Shown here piece by piece: positions 60,573-64,000 of a stretch of 64,000 bases of DNA. How positions within the stretch are numbered: position 1 is the stretch's first letter; the number at the start of each line of letters is the position of its first letter. The stretch is from Verrucomicrobiota bacterium. GTDB lineage: Bacteria > Verrucomicrobiota > Verrucomicrobiia > Limisphaerales > AAA164-E04. Under the pieces are notes generated by a model. That model ran no database searches. It was not told where the DNA came from and was given only the letters and a program-made list of their open reading frames with translations. The position numbers were made by a program, and so were the translations under genes. The stretch spans positions 4,416,001 through 4,480,000 of the forward strand of contig CP170459.1 in NCBI GenBank assembly GCA_047947115.1. Direction: 5' to 3'.

Positions 60573-63055
60573 GGAATGATCCCTATTTCAGCAAGTTAAA
60601 ACTTTCAAGAAAGCTCGTACTGTTCATGATGATCACGAGCATCACAACCTTGCTGTTGGCCACCACCGCCATGGCGGTTTATGAAATCCAGACCATCATT
60701 CGCCTGACCCTTCGAGAGCTCGACACCATGGCTGAAAATTTGGCCAAAAACGGTGAGATTCCGCTAGGCATGGCTGCACTGGGAGAGTTCCAGCTCACCC
60801 GTGCACGCCAGGAAGCCGAGAATCTACTGGAGCTGAGCGGCAGAACTGAAATCATTGCAGCCTGCTTTGTCGACCAGAACGGCAATGCCATTGCCGAGTA
60901 TTTCCGGAACAAAGATCACCCACCTTCTATTGCCTTTGAACCATCCCCAAAGGCGGGCAAAACGGTCACCCGCAAAAATATCAAATGGGTCAAACCCATC
61001 CATGACGCCAACGACAACCAGTTACTGGGACACGTCCACCTACTGGCGGATTATTCCACGTTGATACCTGATCTGATCAAGATTGTTATCACCAACACTC
61101 TCATCTTTTTTATCGAGGGCATCATTGCCTACCTGTTGTCCAAACGATTTGTCGGCTATGTATCCGGTCCCGTTGCAAACCTGCTGGATGTCTCAAAACA
61201 GATTGCTGAGACCGGCGATTACGAAAAACGCGCCACGAGAGTCACACAGGATGAACTGGGCCAGCTCACTGACCAGTTCAATCACATGTTGGAACAAATC
61301 CACAAACGGGACTCGGAACTGACCCGATCCAATCAGGAATCCGAAAACCGCCTGAAGGAACTGGAGGAAGAGAGATACGAGCACCAAAAGTCGGTCGAAC
61401 GCGAAAGAAAACTCCTTGTCGAACTGGCCGAAACCAAACAACTCGAAGCCACTGAATTGCGCGCTGCCAAGGAACAGGCGGAACTGGCCAACCGCGCCAA
61501 ATCGGATTTTCTAGCCTGCATGAGCCACGAAATCCGAACCCCCATGAATGGGATCATCGGCATGGCGAGTATTCTGGAGGATTCGGGAAAACTTGAAAAA
61601 GAGCAACTCTACCACGTCCAACTCCTGAAACAATCCGGCGAAAGCCTTCTGACCATCATCAATGACATCCTGGATCTTTCAAAACTGGAGGCAGGCTACA
61701 TGGAATTCGAATCCCAGGAATTCAATCTCCTGGAACTTCTGGAATCCACCATGGAACTGATGACACCTCAAGCCTACAAAAAAGGGATCGAAATGGGGTT
61801 CAACCATTCAACCAATCTCCCTGTCCTGCTGATGGGAGACAAAGGTCGCATTCGACAGATCCTGACCAATCTGCTGGGCAACGCCATCAAGTTCACCGAA
61901 TCCGGAGGGGTCGTTCTTTCGGTATTCAAACGAGTGTCCGGAACGAGGGATAAGCATCGTATCCGGTTTGAGATTCGCGACACCGGCATCGGCATTTCTA
62001 ACGACGATCAATCGGAACTCTTCCAGGAATTCAAGCAACTCACCAGCCCGTCACGAAAAAAACTGGAAGGATCCGGATTAGGGCTGGCCATCACGAAAAA
62101 ACTGACCCAACTGATGGGCGGAACCATCGGGGTGAAAAGCCGCCCCAATGAAGGCAGTTCCTTCTGGGTCGACCTGGATCTGCCCTCGGGATCACCGGCA
62201 ACTTCAACCAGAAAATCCGCGTCCACCCGCTTGACCGGATTACCGGTCGTTTTAATTTCTCCGTCAGAGCTGAACCTCCCCTGCTCACAATCCTTGATTT
62301 CTCATATCACCGAAGATCTGTTCACTTTCCAGTCCATTGAACAGGCCGAAAGAATGTCCTCGGCCGAAAAGAGTCAGATAAAGGAAAACGGCTGGGTTGT
62401 TCTGGATATCCCGGTGGATTGGGATGTTTCCCAAATCAAAGCATGGACTAAAGAGGCAAGTGAGATCGACGACTGGAAGCCATGCAACTTCATAGCATTT
62501 CTGCCAGGCAACATGGCCCCAAGGGTTCTGGAGCATACTGACATTAAATTTAAGCAGATCTTCACCAAACCCGTTTCAGGCGCGAGGCTATCCAGATTCC
62601 TGCGAACATTCACTCAATCCAACATACAAAGCGAAAACCCGGACGCGTCCCAGAAAAACAAGCCTGAGCTCAGCAAGATCCTCATCGTCGACGATCATCC
62701 GATCAATCAGAAAGTCGTCCAAACCATGTTGATGATGCTTGGCTATAAAATTGAAATTGCCTCCAACGGACAGGAAGGATTGGAGGCTTTGCGTTCACAA
62801 GATTTTGACATCATTTTAATGGACATCCAAATGCCGGTCATGGACGGACTTGAAGCCACGAAAGCCATCCGAGCTCTGGATCCAAATGAGTATGGAACAA
62901 AACATCAAACCCCCATCATCGCCATCACCGCAAATGCCATGGTGGGAGACGATCAACAGTGCTATCAGGCAGGCATGAATGATTATCTCGCCAAACCGAT
63001 TCAGAAGACTGACTTGGAAAGAGTCATCACCAAATGGATCCATAAAGCCCGTTGA
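60569..63055 (+). CDS. Hybrid sensor histidine kinase/response regulator (periplasmic sensor, HAMP, HisKA, HATPase, REC)
   Basis: DELG.L...[38 protein letters not shown] and KP. Confidence 0.95.
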   Translation: MRNDPYFSKLKLSRKLVLFMMITSITTLLLATTAMAVYEIQTIIRLTLRELDTMAENLAKNGEIPLGMAALGEFQLTRARQEAENLLELSGRTEIIAACFVDQNGNAIAEYFRNKDHPPSIAFEPSPKAGKTVTRKNIKWVKPIHDANDNQLLGHVHLLADYSTLIPDLIKIVITNTLIFFIEGIIAYLLSKRFVGYVSGPVANLLDVSKQIAETGDYEKRATRVTQDELGQLTDQFNHMLEQIHKRDSELTRSNQESENRLKELEEERYEHQKSVERERKLLVELAETKQLEATELRAAKEQAELANRAKSDFLACMSHEIRTPMNGIIGMASILEDSGKLEKEQLYHVQLLKQSGESLLTIINDILDLSKLEAGYMEFESQEFNLLELLESTMELMTPQAYKKGIEMGFNHSTNLPVLLMGDKGRIRQILTNLLGNAIKFTESGGVVLSVFKRVSGTRDKHRIRFEIRDTGIGISNDDQSELFQEFKQLTSPSRKKLEGSGLGLAITKKLTQLMGGTIGVKSRPNEGSSFWVDLDLPSGSPATSTRKSASTRLTGLPVVLISPSELNLPCSQSLISHITEDLFTFQSIEQAERMSSAEKSQIKENGWVVLDIPVDWDVSQIKAWTKEASEIDDWKPCNFIAFLPGNMAPRVLEHTDIKFKQIFTKPVSGARLSRFLRTFTQSNIQSENPDASQKNKPELSKILIVDDHPINQKVVQTMLMMLGYKIEIASNGQEGLEALRSQDFDIILMDIQMPVMDGLEATKAIRALDPNEYGTKHQTPIIAITANAMVGDDQQCYQAGMNDYLAKPIQKTDLERVITKWIHKAR

Positions 63056-63073
63056 ATCCCCCCCAGTGATCGA

Positions 63074-63559
63074 CTATTGAAGTGTATCCAAAACCGACTT
63101 CACCCGATAGGTTTTCAATGATTCCCGAACCATGTCCCGCTCCCCTATCTCTGGAAACATTAGGTAACTTGGTGCGATGATTGGACTGACTGTTTCTGGT
63201 TCAAATTCAATGACAGCATGTATGGGGAACTTGGGACCTATGTAACGTCTTAGTTTTGCATAATGAATTTGAAAGCCTTCGTGGCCATCCCTCAACACAC
63301 AAGCTTTCCCGTGGATCTTGAATCCCTTTTGAACGAACACATCGAGAAAGCTCAGGCAGGCAAACCCATTTGATTCCAAGTTTCCCACAGATTGTGGCGA
63401 TGCAATATGGGCAATCAATATCTTCCCGTGCCCGTCATGCATGAATGCCTCTTTCGGACTGACATTGGGCATACCATCCTTGGAAACCGTCGCCAACCAG
63501 CAAAGCACACTGGTTTCCATGCGCTCGAGCACCTCTTCCGACAAAACTTTGGAAGTCAT
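63074..63559 (-). CDS. Pyridoxamine 5'-phosphate oxidase-like FMN-binding protein
   Basis: WLATVS.DG.PNVSPK and KGFKI.G.A. Confidence 0.82.
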   Translation of the reverse strand: MTSKVLSEEVLERMETSVLCWLATVSKDGMPNVSPKEAFMHDGHGKILIAHIASPQSVGNLESNGFACLSFLDVFVQKGFKIHGKACVLRDGHEGFQIHYAKLRRYIGPKFPIHAVIEFEPETVSPIIAPSYLMFPEIGERDMVRESLKTYRVKSVLDTLQ

Positions 63560-63574
63560 AAAGATTCACAAAGG

Positions 63575-64000
63575 TTAAGCCCCCACTTCGGTCAAACTTT
63601 CCTCAAGAATGTCCAGCGCCTGATCCATTTCAGCATCACTGATGGTCAAAGGCGGTGTCAGGGTCAGGATATTGCCCATAGTAATCTTGAAATTCAAACC
63701 GCGTTCAAGGCAGGCATACATGACCGCTTCGGCTTCCTGAATGGCACGTTCTCCGTTGGCCTTGTCGCGCAAAAGTTCCATCCCCATGAGCAAGCCACGC
63801 CCGCGCACATCGCCGATCATCGGATGAGTCGAAGCCATGGATTTCATACGCTCCATCGCCCGACTCCCCTGACGGATGGCATTTTCCAACAAGCCCTCGG
63901 ATTCGATCACCTCGATGGCCGCCAGGGCCGCCGCACACGCAACCGGATTCTTCTCGTGCGTATAGTGACCCAAGGCCTTTTCAGGCATGGCCTGGTTCAA
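63575..64000 (-). CDS. Class III PLP aminotransferase-fold enzyme, C-terminal part (PbfA-like)
   Basis: GHYTHEKNPVACAAALA, IGDVRGRGLL and LTPPL; truncated by the window edge. Confidence 0.85.
   Translation of the reverse strand: MNQAMPEKALGHYTHEKNPVACAAALAAIEVIESEGLLENAIRQGSRAMERMKSMASTHPMIGDVRGRGLLMGMELLRDKANGERAIQEAEAVMYACLERGLNFKITMGNILTLTPPLTISDAEMDQALDILEESLTEVGA

Overview
A 64 kb gene-dense bacterial chromosome segment, roughly 50-55% GC by eye. The gene families point to PVC and most likely Verrucomicrobiota (inference): DUF1501/DUF1549-1553/DUF1552-1592/DUF1800 pairs, H-X9-DG-type pseudopilins, a PVC CxxCH dehydrogenase pair and an LTD-CotH giant protein. Housekeeping genes (amt-PII, der, truA, guaB, gpsA, plsY, tig, dinB) alternate with many exported heme and beta-sandwich proteins. 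I found no rRNA, tRNA, CRISPR array or transposase. The most notable structures are: (1) a 300-bp intergenic region built almost entirely of two opposed heptamer arrays (16 and 24 units) that pair well only on the transcribed strand; (2) two copies of a ~123-bp TA-bounded MITE-like element; (3) a decayed outer-membrane barrel gene with a TonB-receptor-like N-terminus heading a YfiR plus hybrid kinase operon; (4) a DUF1501 gene frameshifted in a G8 tract; (5) a beta-helix/heparinase-fragment gene pair that appears to lack its catalytic middle; (6) several apparently leaderless promoters with a CAnnnT -10 box. All product calls come from motif recognition only; no database was searched.
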